Shown: positions 1 to 13,055, numbered from the whole stretch's first letter. The stretch is 63,367 nucleotides of DNA, filler included, from Octopus bimaculoides (GCF_001194135.2; 6 parts of 5 records of this genome joined end to end with filler, not necessarily neighbours in it); one strand, 5' to 3'. Notes: generated by a model from the letters alone, not told the origin. Numbers and translations are program-made.

Positions 1-16
1 ATATATATATATATAC

Positions 17-168
17 ACGACAGGCTTCTTTCAGTTTCTGTCAACCAACTCTACTAACAAGGCTTTGGTCCGAGGATATATTACAAGGCACCTAATAAAG
101 GTGCCACGCAGTGGAACTGAACTTGGAACCATATGGTTGGGAAACAAGCTTCTTACCACACAGCCACA
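17..168 (-). mobile_element. tRNA-derived SINE, family A (head)
   Basis: The reverse complement reads tgtggctgtgtggtaagaagcttgtttcccaaccatatggttccaagttcagttcc, with pol III A/B-box-like motifs, and ends in ...actgaaagaagcctgtcgt next to (AT)n. The same sequence recurs more than 10 times in the window. Confidence 0.85.
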
Positions 169-704
169 TACTGAACTCAGCATAAGGAGGTTCGTTTGAT
201 TTGAAGTACAAGGGATTGAGCCTACATAGTGAGATATTCATTCAAGCAACTTGTTGAAACTTACACACATACTGACGCACACACTCTATATTTTCGGTTC
301 CTCCGTGTGTAATTCTGCTGTTTAAATCTTTGATTTATCAACACATTACTACCATTATACTCTCAATAATAATCAGGTGCAACAGTTTATTCTGCAATAC
401 GGAATGCAATTTGGTTAGTTATGGATATCATTTGCAGTGAATTGGGCCAGTCATTAGAGTGTCGGAATATAGTTTGCGATATTTGTTCTGGCCCTTCAGA
501 TATTGAGTTCATATGCCGCGAAGCTTAACATTGCTTCCATCTCTATAACACCACTAAAAATATAATTCGCGGCAACTGACTGGGTAGAAGGGAATGACTA
601 ACCGACTTCCTTCAACAAGGCTGAAATTACACCTAAATATGAAACCATTTTAGATAAGGCACATTCGATTGTCTGTAAAATTCTTTGCATTATGTATCCC
701 AATA

Positions 705-887
705 TATGCTGACTTGCAGCATTCTGTGCGATCTGAGTTTCCAATTCGGCTGAGGTCGACTTTACCTATCATCCTTTTGGAATTGATGAAATAAGTACCA
801 GTTAGAGACTGGTGTCGATGTAATCGACTTACCCTTCCCTCCACCCTAAAAAAAATCATGCCTTGTGCCTATAGTAGAATAAATTAT
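705..887 (+). mobile_element. tRNA-derived SINE, family B (body and tail)
   Basis: Contains gaggtcgactttacctatcatcc...ataagtaccag...gtcgatgtaatcgactta...gccttgtgcc followed by a (TTA)n tail. Homologous to copies at 29.7, 39.2, 40.7-41.1, 56.9 and 57.5 kb. Confidence 0.8.
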
Positions 888-930
888 TGTTATTATTATT
901 ATTATTATTATTATTGGTATTATCATTGAT

Positions 931-997
931 AAAGCAGCGAGCTGGCAGAATCCTTAGCATGCTGAGTAAAAATGCTTAACGGCATTGCTGAACGGCT
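931..997 (+). mobile_element. SINE family B, 5' head fragment
   Basis: aaagcagcgagctggcagaatccttagcatgc matches the head at 62265 (aaggcagcgagctggcagaaacgttagcacgcc). Confidence 0.75.
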
Positions 998-1079
998 ACA
1001 CACACACACACATATATATACAGTAATCCCTCGCCTTATCGTGGTTCACGACATGATGACCTTATATCAAGATAAACAG

Positions 1080-1490
1080 CACATGGTATTGCAGGTGGGA
1101 CCCAGTTAAAATCTTGCTAAGATCGAGTAGCCTACTCCACTCAACCGTTCCCTATTTAATCATTGCGAACGAAATGCCCATGCTTCCAGATTTGAATTGT
1201 TCAAGCCTCAAATAATTCTCAACAGGTCAAAACACATGGCTATGATGCTCCCCAACTATTTATGCTTGTGATCAGAGATGCACATATCGTCAGCCGCTAA
1301 GAGGCATGCTCAACAGGTTAAGGTTAAACAATTGATAAGCAAATCTCTGGTATTGAGCAGAATCTTTGCTGTAACCCATCTTTTATACCAAGACAAGAAA
1401 TGTACTTAACATTTCCAGTCAGTTATGATCAGAAGCCCTGAGAGCCAGTGCCTGGTCCTACATCAGGACATTTATTATTATTATTATTCA
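1080..1490 (+). mobile_element. Interspersed repeat ending in a (TTA)n tail, probable retroposon 3' end
   Basis: I recognise this from memory as an octopus dispersed repeat (cacatggctatgatgctcccc...agagatgcacatatcgtcagcc). It ends in an (ATT)n tail. There is only one copy in the window, so it cannot be verified internally. Confidence 0.45.
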
Positions 1491-1907
1491 AAAGTTCGTA
1501 TTTTCAGGAAAAATTCTACTGCATCTTATATTACACATTCATGTAGCTGGGATGTATGCAACAGTATTAATATTATTAAGTTCAGCATTCTTGTACGCCG
1601 CCCTAAACTACGTCTCCACAAGGTTTTTACTTATAAACGCGCGTGCTTACACTGAAAATAGAGGCTTTTTTATGTTAAGTTATTTATAACCATGGTGGTA
1701 AAAAGGACTTGGATATTCCTTGTGAATTTCTTTGTGTTTAAATCTTGCTTTTCTTGAGGACTTACCGAAATCATTCTAGTTGAGTTGAAAGAGTTGGTTT
1801 CCTTTTAACAGTTTATTTTTTTTGGCACGGATTTAATCCATGAACGAAAGAGGGAAACATTTTTTTTGAAAATTAAATTAGTGTTATGACGCTGGGTTTG
1901 TGGAACG

Positions 1908-1980
1908 TCCCGATCACTACTACAGTTAGGGGATTGGAATTATATTCCCGATCACTACTACAGTTAGGGGATTGGAATTA
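1908..1980. repeat. Perfect tandem duplication, 35-nt unit with 38-nt period
   Basis: tcccgatcactactacagttaggggattggaatta occurs at 1908-1942 and again at 1946-1980. Confidence 0.95.
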
Positions 1981-4090
1981 GATTGCAATGTATGGGACTA
2001 CATCACCGGAGAAGGGTTTATTCGAAAACCTCGTAAACTTGCTCAAAAGCTTACCACTCTCTAAAAGTTACCGACTACATTTCTATGATGTGCCAGCGTG
2101 TACAGCGACAAAACGATGTCGGTTACAAAGAAATTCAATGGATTCACTTTAAATCGACCTCCTCCGCATTTTGTCTAATTGAATTTATTAAGGCGAATGG
2201 AATATTATCTTTTATTTCTGGAGACAACATGAAAAATACCCCTTGACTTGAGATCCTCTACTACAAAAACTTGAAGTTGCAATTTACTTGGTTGATTATT
2301 TTCAAACGCCCAATGTATATAATTTATACGAATTGTACAAGTTGGAAGATATGCTGGAAGCCATTCAAAAGTATGATGTCTTTCTTGATTTGAAAATTGA
2401 AAGAATCTCCAGCAAACCTCGGAGGATTCCGTATGCATGCAATTATTATAATTTAAACTACCCTCTAATCGATATTTATTATGGTGGTGAAGTTGTTGTT
2501 ATAATTCAGTCTGCAAGGAAATCTCACTGTCAGTATACATTACAGGTAGTATAGAGATTAAAGTGATTCCTATCTCTAGTATTTGTTTCGTAGCATTGTC
2601 AAAGCAATGCATTCTCTAAAACAACGGATAGGTTTTCAACAGCATCCTAAGTGATTACGATGCGAATGAAAACATGATGGATTATTTTGTAATAGTTACG
2701 ACAATGTTGAGAAGAAACACTTCTAATTATGTTTATGGCCGACTGGATCTCGCAGCATTTATTCATTGTCCTATACAAAGAAAATGGTTCAATTTCGATA
2801 AGGTACTCGTCGACAACTATGTATAATATCTGCTCAGAAAATTCTAAATTACATTTCTGAATTCTTTGAAATTTTCCATTTCGAAAGCAAGAACGTTAAA
2901 GGTTTATATATATAGCAGGTCATTTGTTCATATGTCCGAAACATAGCACAGTCTAACAAATATTTTTGAGAAGCAACATAGTCACTAGTTGTGACCGCTT
3001 AGAACGTTAACTTTTGTTTCATGTCTGTTATTGCTCGTAGCAATATGGGTAACCAATTAAACCTGCTAAGCAGAGGTATATATCCTCTATAAGAATGGAG
3101 GTAAGAATAGAACCCGAGTCAGCAAGGGTGCCAAAAAACCTGAAACGAAATTCTTCGAAGCTAAAACCCCTTCTGGATTAGATAGAGTCATCTTACTTTG
3201 AACTGTTCCATTTGTGCCAGCAAAGGGTCAATTTATGTAAGATTTCCGTTCACTAGTTAGCAAGCGGGGAATTCCATGTATCCAACATGAATTGTCTTTC
3301 AATCAACCCTGCCTAAAGATCTCATTTTGGAACTTAAGAAAGGCCCAAGTATCAATTGAATTTTTAAGATTCTAACCTTTCGGCCTAGTAAAGTTTACAT
3401 CGTCTGCTCCCGTTGCGGTATGGTCCAAGCTGTTGCAGGCACTTTCATTTCATCCAATATGGCTATCCCGCTTGTTTTAAAAACCATATGTTGTTCGCAA
3501 AAGACGTAACGTTGCGTCTCTCTTGGATCCTATATGATAAAATGTCGTAGCCTAAAGCGTTCCACCAGGGCGCGTACATATTTGTGCTCTCGATGTTGCT
3601 GCTGCTATCGCTGCAGTTCCTACTGTTACCGGCGTACATCGCCTCCTTCTCGTAGTTCACAATATCGACTGTGTGCTAGACACTAACTGATAACTCTGCA
3701 CAAGAAACCTACCAGTGGGTGGGATTGAGGGGCGTTCACTAAAATCATTTAAAAACTTGGACGCATAATGAACGCATTACACAATATAACACATGTTTTG
3801 TTTATTTGTATTTTCTAATGTTCATATATGCATTTTTGGCCACTAAATTAAAACAAAAACACATTCGGTGTGACGTAACATCGATAGTTATTCTTTATTC
3901 CTAATTTAATATTTGCGCGTTATATTTGTAAACTTTTTCTCTACAGCACTTTGTTGGTTCAATCTATTCTAGTATTCTAAGGATACTTACACAACGTGTT
4001 TTCATATATCGAATGAGGTTTAGGAAGTATAATATTAATTAGAACAAAAAGAAACAACTCTGCACTGTAAATGCCTTGATAACTCCTTTC

Positions 4091-5670
4091 TTAAGATGAG
4101 AAGTGTTTTTGCGATCGAGATTTTCTGGAGTGTATAACTTCACCTCTTCTGACTAGAGACCATATATAATCTCCCATCATAGCAGTATCGCATTGTCCTT
4201 GGTATCTTCTTTCCGTAGTTGCGATGTCCTGATGAAATCTCTTATCATGCTCCTCACTGATATGACCCAAGTTTTCGGAGAAAAAATCTAGTTGAGAGTG
4301 CAAAAAATGAACCTTTAAAGACATACGACAACCCATTTACTTGAGGTTTTTAATAAGCGTTGCTACCAGCTGTTTCCAATTAGGATCCTTGTGATTTCCT
4401 AGGAATCCACGAACTACATCACGAAATGCACGCCAAGTTTCCTTTTCAACTTTTGCCATCGCTCTTTCCAGTTTCTTCGACTTTAACATTGCATTTACTT
4501 GGGGCCCAACAAATATGCCACCCTTGATCTTAGCCTCAGATAGCTTTGGAAACATAAGACAATTTTCCTGAAAAGCTTCTCCTCAAAAATCTAAGGCCTT
4601 CACAAACTGTTTTACCAATCCGAGTTTGATATGAAGTGGGGGTAATAAGATTTTGTTGGAATCTACTAGAGGCTGTTTGAGAACATTTAACATTCTTGGC
4701 TGCAGTTCCACTCGTTGGGGCCAATGTACGCGCTTGTAATGATCATCACCAGCTCTGCTGTCCCACAAGCAAAGAAAACATGAATACTTTGTGCATCCCC
4801 CTTGCAAGCCAAGCAAGAAGGCAAGCATCTTGAAATCACCACAAACATCCCACAAACATCCCACTTTCTTTTATATGATCGCAATGTTCTTTCTTCTGTA
4901 TGGAGTGTGCAAGAGGCAAATAAGGATATTTATCTCCATTGTGGAACTACACTGCTTTGAGACTTCGTGTTGAGCTATCTATGAACAGTCGCCATTCTGC
5001 AGAATCATGCTTGAGTCCAACAGCAGTAAATAAACCAATCACATCATTACAATAACACAGATCACTAATATTTTCATAGTAAATTTCAAATTCTTCATGG
5101 CGTTTCCAGTATACAGATGTCTTGCAGTCTTCCTCCTGTAGATTCCATTCCATCAACCTTAATGAAAGAAGTTCAGCTCCTGACTTACTAAGATCCAGAT
5201 CCCTGATTAAATCATCTAGCTCACTCTGATTTGGTAAGTGAGGCTCCGAAATCGTTCTTGGTACGAAAGCTTTCTCCATTTCTTGGCTGCTGCTACTTGT
5301 AGATTCTTCAGATGAAATATTTGCTGGTGGTAGTGGTACTCATAAACTGTCAGCATGTGGGACAGGTGCTCTAGATGATGGTATCTCTGGATACTGAAGA
5401 GCTTTGGCTCCTTTCACTTTTCTGTACTTTGTCACATCGATCATACAAAAGTAACAGTCATCGTGATGGTTCTTTGGTTCTCTCCATACCCATACCCTTG
5501 GAATGGCAAAAGGCATTAACCTGCCTGTACCTCGTAACCATACTTCTAGAGTAGATCCGCAGCTTCCACATATCACATGTGGGTCCTATGGTTTGTCCTA
5601 GTCACCCATGGGCATTTCGAAATAGAGTCTGTATGCTATCCGCAATTTGGCACCTTTCACGATCTTATGT
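4091..5670 (-). pseudogene. Chapaev3-like (CMC superfamily) DNA transposase pseudogene
   Basis: Colinear ORF pieces give AYRLYF..GD*DKP*DPHVICGSC, WREPKNHHDDCYFC, WRLFIDSSTRSLKAV, WDVCGDFKMLAFLLGLQGGCTKYSCFLCLWDSRA, PPLHIKLGLVKQFVKAL, FPKLSEAKIKGGIFVGPQ and MGCRMSLKVHFLHSQLDFF..RFHQDI..ERRYQG. These are the hallmark motifs of this transposase family. There are six in-frame stops and one net frameshift (about 4850-4900). No TIRs were found. Confidence 0.85.
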
Positions 5671-6247
5671 CTATCTATCCACTTACCTATGTGTCTGTCT
5701 GTATTACATATCCAACTATCTATCTACTTACCTATATAACTGCCTGTATTATCTATGCAACTATCTATATACTTACCTATGTATCTGTCAGTTTAACAGA
5801 CAGATACATAGGTAAGTAGAAAGATAGGTACATAGATAATAGAGAGAAATAAGCACACAAATATACACACAAACACACGTGGTCATATACATACACACAC
5901 TCCACACACCCGCATGCACACAAAGACACATATGGAGACACACATCCATAGATAACAGACGCACATACGTAGTCATGCAAACCCATACACATAGATAAAA
6001 CGAACACGCAGACACACAGACACAGAGGTACACACAGAAATACAAACATGCAAACAAACAAACACATGAAACACACAAACATGAATAAAGAATATAAATA
6101 CATACACGCACATACATATAAGCATACACAAACACATACACGCATATATACATACATATACACGCATATGTGCATACGCACACATACATGCATATATACA
6201 TGCATGAACAAGCACACACGCACACTGTCGCACACACATACGCACAG
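5666..6247. repeat. Compound degenerate microsatellite, (TCTA)n then (CA/TACA)n
   Basis: Seen directly. It truncates the transposase 5' end and generates several spurious ORFs. Confidence 0.9.
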
Positions 6248-7030
6248 ATAAAAAAAGAATGCAACTCCGATAACGGACAGAGTCAAAATCTGTTGACGAG
6301 GTTGCAAAAGTAACGAAACGTTTGGAGGAAAAATATAAATAAATAAGTAGAAATCGGTGAGTGTTAGATAATAATGCATTAAGACAATACGGCTGGCCCC
6401 AAACACAATATAACTTACTTCAACACACGAATCCACCTAAAGAATGTTGCAAATCAGATACAAAAACCGAATATGTGTGTGGGTTTGTGTATGTGTATGA
6501 GTGTGTGCGTGCGTGTGTGTGTGTGTGAGTGCATGTGCGTGTGTGAGTGTATGTGTTAGATCCAAGGATCGAGACGTAAGAAGAAGGTGAGTTTCAAGCG
6601 ATTCGTACTAAATATTAAAAGCACAACTGACAGGAACAATAGTGGTTTATTGGTGTGAAAGATTTAAAATATTTTTTCCCTATGGAAGTGCTATAAGGTG
6701 AAAAAGATTTTTTTAAATATTTTACGGCAGGTAGCCAGGGTTGCCAGATATGCGAATAAAAATCAAATATTGAAAAAATGAGGTAGATAAAAATCCGGGC
6801 GAAATCTGTTTCATAGGAAGCGGAAACTCGGAAATGTTAAATATCCGAGCGATGTGTATACCGCAGGGTACTCTTCAGGTCAACGGTTTCTTCATTAAAT
6901 GAACTTTACATTGTCGTTATGAGGTCCATGTAAACGTACGAAGGATTATATATATGCATACACGTACACAGAACACACAAGCATGCATATGCACACACAC
7001 GCACATTCATACACACACACGCGCACGTAC

Positions 7031-7121
<91 letters not shown>

Positions 7122-8084
7122 NNNNNNNNNNNNNNNNNNNNNNNNNNNNNNNNNNNNNNNNNNNNNNNNNNNNNNNNNNNNNNNNNNNNNNNNNNNNNNN
7201 NNNNNNNNNNNNNNNNNNNNNNNNNNNNNNNNNNNNNNNNNNNNNNNNNNNNNNNNNNNNNNNNNNNNNNNNNNNNNNNNNNNNNNNNNNNNNNNNNNNN
7301 NNNNNNNNNNNNNNNNNNNNNNNNNNNNNNNNNNNNNNNNNNNNNNNNNNNNNNNNNNNNNNNNNNNNNNNNNNNNNNNNNNNNNNNNNNNNNNNNNNNN
7401 NNNNNNNNNNNNNNNNNNNNNNNNNNNNNNNNNNNNNNNNNNNNNNNNNNNNNNNNNNNNNNNNNNNNNNNNNNNNNNNNNNNNNNNNNNNNNNNNNNNN
7501 NNNNNNNNNNNNNNNNNNNNNNNNNNNNNNNNNNNNNNNNNNNNNNNNNNNNNNNNNNNNNNNNNNNNNNNNNNNNNNNNNNNNNNNNNNNNNNNNNNNN
7601 NNNNNNNNNNNNNNNNNNNNNNNNNNNNNNNNNNNNNNNNNNNNNNNNNNNNNNNNNNNNNNNNNNNNNNNNNNNNNNNNNNNNNNNNNNNNNNNNNNNN
7701 NNNNNNNNNNNNNNNNNNNNNNNNNNNNNNNNNNNNNNNNNNNNNNNNNNNNNNNNNNNNNNNNNNNNNNNNNNNNNNNNNNNNNNNNNNNNNNNNNNNN
7801 NNNNNNNNNNNNNNNNNNNNNNNNNNNNNNNNNNNNNNNNNNNNNNNNNNNNNNNNNNNNNNNNNNNNNNNNNNNNNNNNNNNNNNNNNNNNNNNNNNNN
7901 NNNNNNNNNNNNNNNNNNNNNNNNNNNNNNNNNNNNNNNNNNNNNNNNNNNNNNNNNNNNNNNNNNNNNNNNNNNNNNNNNNNNNNNNNNNNNNNNNNNN
8001 NNNNNNNNNNNNNNNNNNNNNNNNNNNNNNNNNNNNNNNNNNNNNNNNNNNNNNNNNNNNNNNNNNNNNNNNNNNNNNNNNNNN

Positions 8085-8115
<31 letters not shown>

Positions 8116-8854
8116 ATGTGCGTGTGCGTGTGTGGATGTGTGTGTGTGTGATTCGGTTGATGAAAACGTACTCACGTTAAGAAATCCGCAAGGGAACCGA
8201 ATGAATTCGGTTAAAAATCAAATTAATTACTGCGTATAAATAGATGTTATTGTTTTTTTTAAATTTACAATTCTTCGTTTGAAAACAAATTGTTTGTATA
8301 ACTTTAAATTATATGTTGATAAATTTCCCTGTAATGGACCTTATTCTAATGAGAAAGAGTACGCCATATACGAGAAGATGTTTTGCTATCTTACCCATAC
8401 ATTAGCCAATACGTGTCGAACCTCCTTTTAAACTGACACTATATTTATAAGGGTATAAAACAAATACTTTATACGAATTGTGATTTGTGTATGATCCGTA
8501 TCAAAGAATGAAACATGTTCTTAACGCGTATGCAGTCGGTATTAAACTGATTTTAATGAAATTGTTTTCAGTTGTTATTTAGGTCAAAATAATAGCATCT
8601 GCGAATTTTCAGGCAATTTCATGAGCTAGAAAATTTTCGGCACGAATAGGTTAAAGTGCATCGACCCAGCTTCGTTTGACAAATTTAACGTAATGAGCAG
8701 GTTTATTGCTCAGAATACTGTATGGGTATTGAATATTTAAGTTGTGTACATTTATATGTATGCTTATGCGTATGCAGGCTACTGCGAATTGTATCCAGTT
8801 AGTATGAAACATATTATTAGCCTCAATACTGTAAATGAAAATGGTTACAAAAGA

Positions 8855-9272
8855 TTTGGTTGTGGTAAGGAGCATGCTTCCCAACCACATGGCATCAAGT
8901 TCAGTCCCACAGCAAGGCAACTTAGGAAACTGCCTTCTACTATAGCATCGGTTCGTCCAAAGCTTCGTGAGTAGATTTGATAGACGGAATCTGAAAGAAG
9001 CACGTCATGTATATATGTATGTATATATATATATATATGTATGTGTGTGCGCGCGCGCCTTTTCGTCTGTGCCCCCCCCACCCTTGTTTAACAACCAGTG
9101 TTGGTGTGTTCATGCCCCGCATAACTTAGTTATTCGGCAAAAAGACCGATAGAATAAGTGCTAGGCTAAGAAATTATGTCTTAACTCGAATCGTTCGACT
9201 AAAATCACAACCTTCAAGGCGGTGCCCCAGCATGGCAGCAGGGATATGACTGATGCAAGTAAAAAGTAAAAG
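8855..9272 (+). mobile_element. SINE family A, full length (head + internal microsatellite + tail)
   Basis: Head tggttgtggtaaggagcatgcttcccaaccacatgg...gttcagtccc; internal (TA/TG)n; tail ...gaccgatagaataagtgctagg...aaggcggtgccccagcatggc...caagtaaaaag. Confidence 0.85.
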
Positions 9273-9339
9273 ATAATATGCAATAAACATTTCTTACGCC
9301 TCACTTCTGATTTTGAGTAGTTTCTCTCTGTCTGTGTGT

Positions 9340-9403
9340 CTGTCTGTCTGTATGTCTCTGTCTCTCTCTCTCTCTCACACACTCTCACACTCACAGACAT
9401 ATA

Positions 9404-9455
<52 letters not shown>

Positions 9456-9468
9456 TAGATAGATAGAC

Positions 9469-9535
<67 letters not shown>

Positions 9536-9592
9536 CAGAGATTCGGAGATTGATTGCTAGATAGATTATCAGATAGATAGTTGTGTGGTAAT
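9340..9592. repeat. Compound (CT)(CA)(AT)(TAGA)n microsatellite
   Basis: Seen directly. Confidence 0.95.
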
Positions 9593-10224
9593 AAATACGT
9601 ACTATCCGTATACAATGAGGTGATAAATTAGTGTGAAATAGTATAACGGCGTGAAATGATAAGATAGTGAGAAATGATTATGTTAATTTTGAATTTCAAA
9701 TAAAGAGATAAGTTATAAAAGAATTGCTGATAGTATGATGCTATAGCAAAATGAATAAAAAAAAAGTAAATAAATAAATGAAATAACGAAAAATATTGCA
9801 GAACTAAAGATGCGTAGATTAATGTGGTGGGATATATCTATATACGACAGACGAATGAAAGGATCTTGCCTGAAGTTTTCAATCTACTATAAGTTGCCTC
9901 TATATTATTCATTCTGGGACATGTTCGCCGTTACCATGACTGAACAGAGGAGCATTCAGTGATTTATATTTAGAAATGGTGCATTTGTGCTGAGTATCAT
10001 TTGCTTCCCAGTTACATTATTTGATCTGTATCCCTTTGTCTTTGCACAATCTTTTGTCGTAACCAAAATCTATCATAAGGTTTATCTAATTTGGTAACGC
10101 AATCGTCTTAAATGACTAGATATTGCTGTGATGACCCTTCTGAAATATATCTTTTATAGTGTATTTGTTAGTATAAATAAATCTTACTAAACCTAGAATA
10201 ATTTTAATCAATATCTTTAATATG

Positions 10225-10935
10225 TATCACTTTGGAAGACATCTACTTATTCAGATTGACACTTGGGCATTTACACAGACAACCAAGTGTACAAATCATT
10301 GTTGGCATAGTGGTGAGATTATAATGTGGAAATAGGGGCTGGAGGTTTGAAGTATTTGCACGTAGTTATCCTCTCTCCCTTTGATTTACAAAAATATATA
10401 CATTTCAGTAGGAGTGCTGAACTCTATGATGGTACAGGCATTTTCATGTCTGTCCAAAACAACAATCGGCCCCTTCTGTTTACACTTGTCAGATGCTTTG
10501 AAGGGAATATTTCACTAGTATTCCTTGTGTTGATGTTTTTGCATGCATTCACTAACAGTGAGATTCTTTAAATTTATTCAAGGAGTGTTTTATTTTCCGA
10601 ATGGCATTGCATATTATTTTTGCATCAACGTTATATCGCATGAACTGGTAGTAAGACGATGATATTTGTGGGTAGCAGCTTATCACATGTGTGATTTCAT
10701 CCACTCTAACAAGACGTAACCTACATTTTCGGTTGTATCTTGGAGCTCAAAGAGTTTCACTGTCCATTGTGTTCATTATGTATTTCGTAGAAATTGCTGT
10801 TAAGAGTCCAAGAGAGGCTTCATTTTATGTTCATATTGTGGTTTTCGTCAGGTGTTAGGGACACTTCCAAGTAATTATGCTTTTGGGGGTTTGCTGAGCG
10901 TTTCACATCCATTACTTTTTGATGTATGTTAGTTC
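10225..10935 (-). mobile_element. Decayed non-LTR retrotransposon 3' region with restriction-like endonuclease (Dong/R4-like)
   Basis: Minus-strand translation gives CRLRLVRVDEITHVISCYPQISSSYY (degenerate CCHC: CRxC..E.ITH..S.CP), KGPIVVLDRHENACTIIEFSTP (the RPD..D/E nuclease motif) and FPHYNLTTMPTMICTLGCLCKC (YP.Y....PII.GALG). It has many stops and frameshifts. Confidence 0.75.
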
Positions 10936-11321
10936 GGCTCTTTGAATGCATGCATGTATGTATGTATGTATGTATGCATGTGTGTATGCATGTATGTATA
11001 TATGTATGTATGTGTGTCTGTCTGTATGTATGTATGTATGCATCTATGCATACATCTTTCATCCATTTTATCTTATAATTAATTCAGTCATTAGACCACA
11101 TCAAAGCTGGTGCAGCGGCTTGAACCATCTTAGTCAAATGAATTCACCCAATACTTATGTTGTAAAGCATGGTTATTATACTGTCGGTTTCTTTTGCCAA
11201 CCGTTAATTTATGTGGACCTAAACACACCAACTCCAGTTTCAAGACGTTGGTGGAGGTGCAAACACAAATACAAAAAACACACATACAACACACACACGC
11301 ATACACAGACACAGACCCACA

Positions 11322-11472
11322 CGGGTATACGGCAACCTTGTTTCAGCTTTCATCTACTACATCCACTCACGAGTTTTTGGTCGACCTGAGACAATAGTGC
11401 CCAAGGTGCCACGCTGTATAACTGAACATGGAAACATGTGGTTGGAAAGCAAATTTCTTACGTCACATCCAC
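11322..11472 (-). mobile_element. SINE family A head
   Basis: cccaaggtgccacgc...catgtggttggaaagcaaatttcttac matches the 17-168 copy. Confidence 0.75.
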
Positions 11473-12303
11473 TTCTAAATTTATATATAGTGAAAGATAG
11501 ATAGATAAATGCTTAGATAGATAGATGAATTCTACATATATGGGAATGTATGGTCTACAAATTACAGCTTATATAAATTGTTAAAAATCGGTATTCTGTA
11601 TACATAGATTTGCCTAAGAGATTAAATATGCAGACAGGATGTGAGACATAGAAGAGTGTGTGCAAATGTTATTTATAGCTGTCTCCAGCAATGTAGGCCT
11701 GGAGATTTTCAACCATAATCAGAAATATAGCAACAGCCTTAAACGATCATGTCCTGCAACTGTAGATCCGTCGATAATTCTACTTTGAATGAAATGTGTC
11801 TCTAAAAGACAAAGCCAATATCACTGAAAAGCACGTTACAAAAAAAAAAATAATATATGCTTTAAGCGATATATGCTTTAAGAAGGACTATAACACAGAA
11901 TTCCACAATTTCTTTCACCCACTCGCATGGGTACAAATTTGTAAAAGTTCTACTCAGGATGATTAGGTTCTGAAAATGAACTGACTTAATGCAGAGAAAT
12001 GCTACATCAAGGAACATTAGGTCACTTATGGAGCCCAAACACGTGTCGGATTGAAATATTTTAAGCAAATTTAGAGGAAACACAAATCTCCATTTTATTC
12101 ATATCTTGAATGTATAAACTGTGTGTAGAATAACAATCAAGGAAGCGAACTCAGGAGTTACCTATCGAGGGAATACCATAAATTTGTCTATTTTAAAATA
12201 TTTTATGTTTTCACTATCATTCGATATGTTTAATCAAAACCTGGATTATATCAGAGTACTAATAAAGTACCTACACGAATTCCAAATCCCTATTAATTTA
12301 AGG

Positions 12304-12403
12304 NNNNNNNNNNNNNNNNNNNNNNNNNNNNNNNNNNNNNNNNNNNNTTAATTAATTAANNNNNNNNNNNNNNNNNNNNNNNNNNNNNNNNNNNNNNNNN
12401 NNN
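12304..12403. other. Artificial 100-nt scaffold join: 44 N + TTAATTAATTAA + 44 N (also 24162-24261, 52998-53097, 59847-59946, 61884-61983)
   Basis: Five identical constructs. TTAATTAATTAA is a stop in all six frames. This is not biological sequence. Confidence 0.95.
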
Positions 12404-12480
12404 AACGCATTGGTCGTTTGGAAGTTGCACAAGTTTGATCCCGGACGGCACAGCTGTTGTAGAGCTTGGCGACACTCGCG

Positions 12481-12549
<69 letters not shown>

Positions 12550-12602
12550 GGACAGACAGACAGACAGATAGACAAACAGACAGACAGACGGACGGATGGA
12601 CG

Positions 12603-12688
<86 letters not shown>

Positions 12689-12713
12689 CAGAGAAAAAGA
12701 GAAAGAAAGAAAA

Positions 12714-12758
<45 letters not shown>
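12481..12758. repeat. (TAGA)n/(CAGA)n microsatellite
   Basis: Seen directly. Confidence 0.95.
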
Positions 12759-13055
12759 GCATACACACATCTAATATTCAATGAGAATGCATTATTCATA
12801 GAATTCAAAGAATTGAATGAAAATATTAAGGAGCAAGACAAAAATGAATTCAGAACCATTGAGCAAAAATCTATGATAAAGAACAATTGTACTATAAGCT
12901 AGTTTATATATACATATATATGTATATGCGTACATATATATAAAATTTAAATAATAAGGGTGATAGATTGGATATTAATTTAATTAACACCAATTTAAAA
13001 CCAGTGGTCTATCATAAAGAAAATTCTGACAATTCAGAAAAATTATATTACATAA

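Noticed and set aside
6560-6592. 27-nt microexon candidate (ag|atccaaggatcgagacgtaagaagaag|gtgagt)
   Set aside because: There is no polypyrimidine tract (upstream is (TG)n) and no partner coding exons. A chance donor is likely.
6735-6749. cagggttgccagat, a hAT-like terminal motif
   Set aside because: No matching opposite end or TSD was found.
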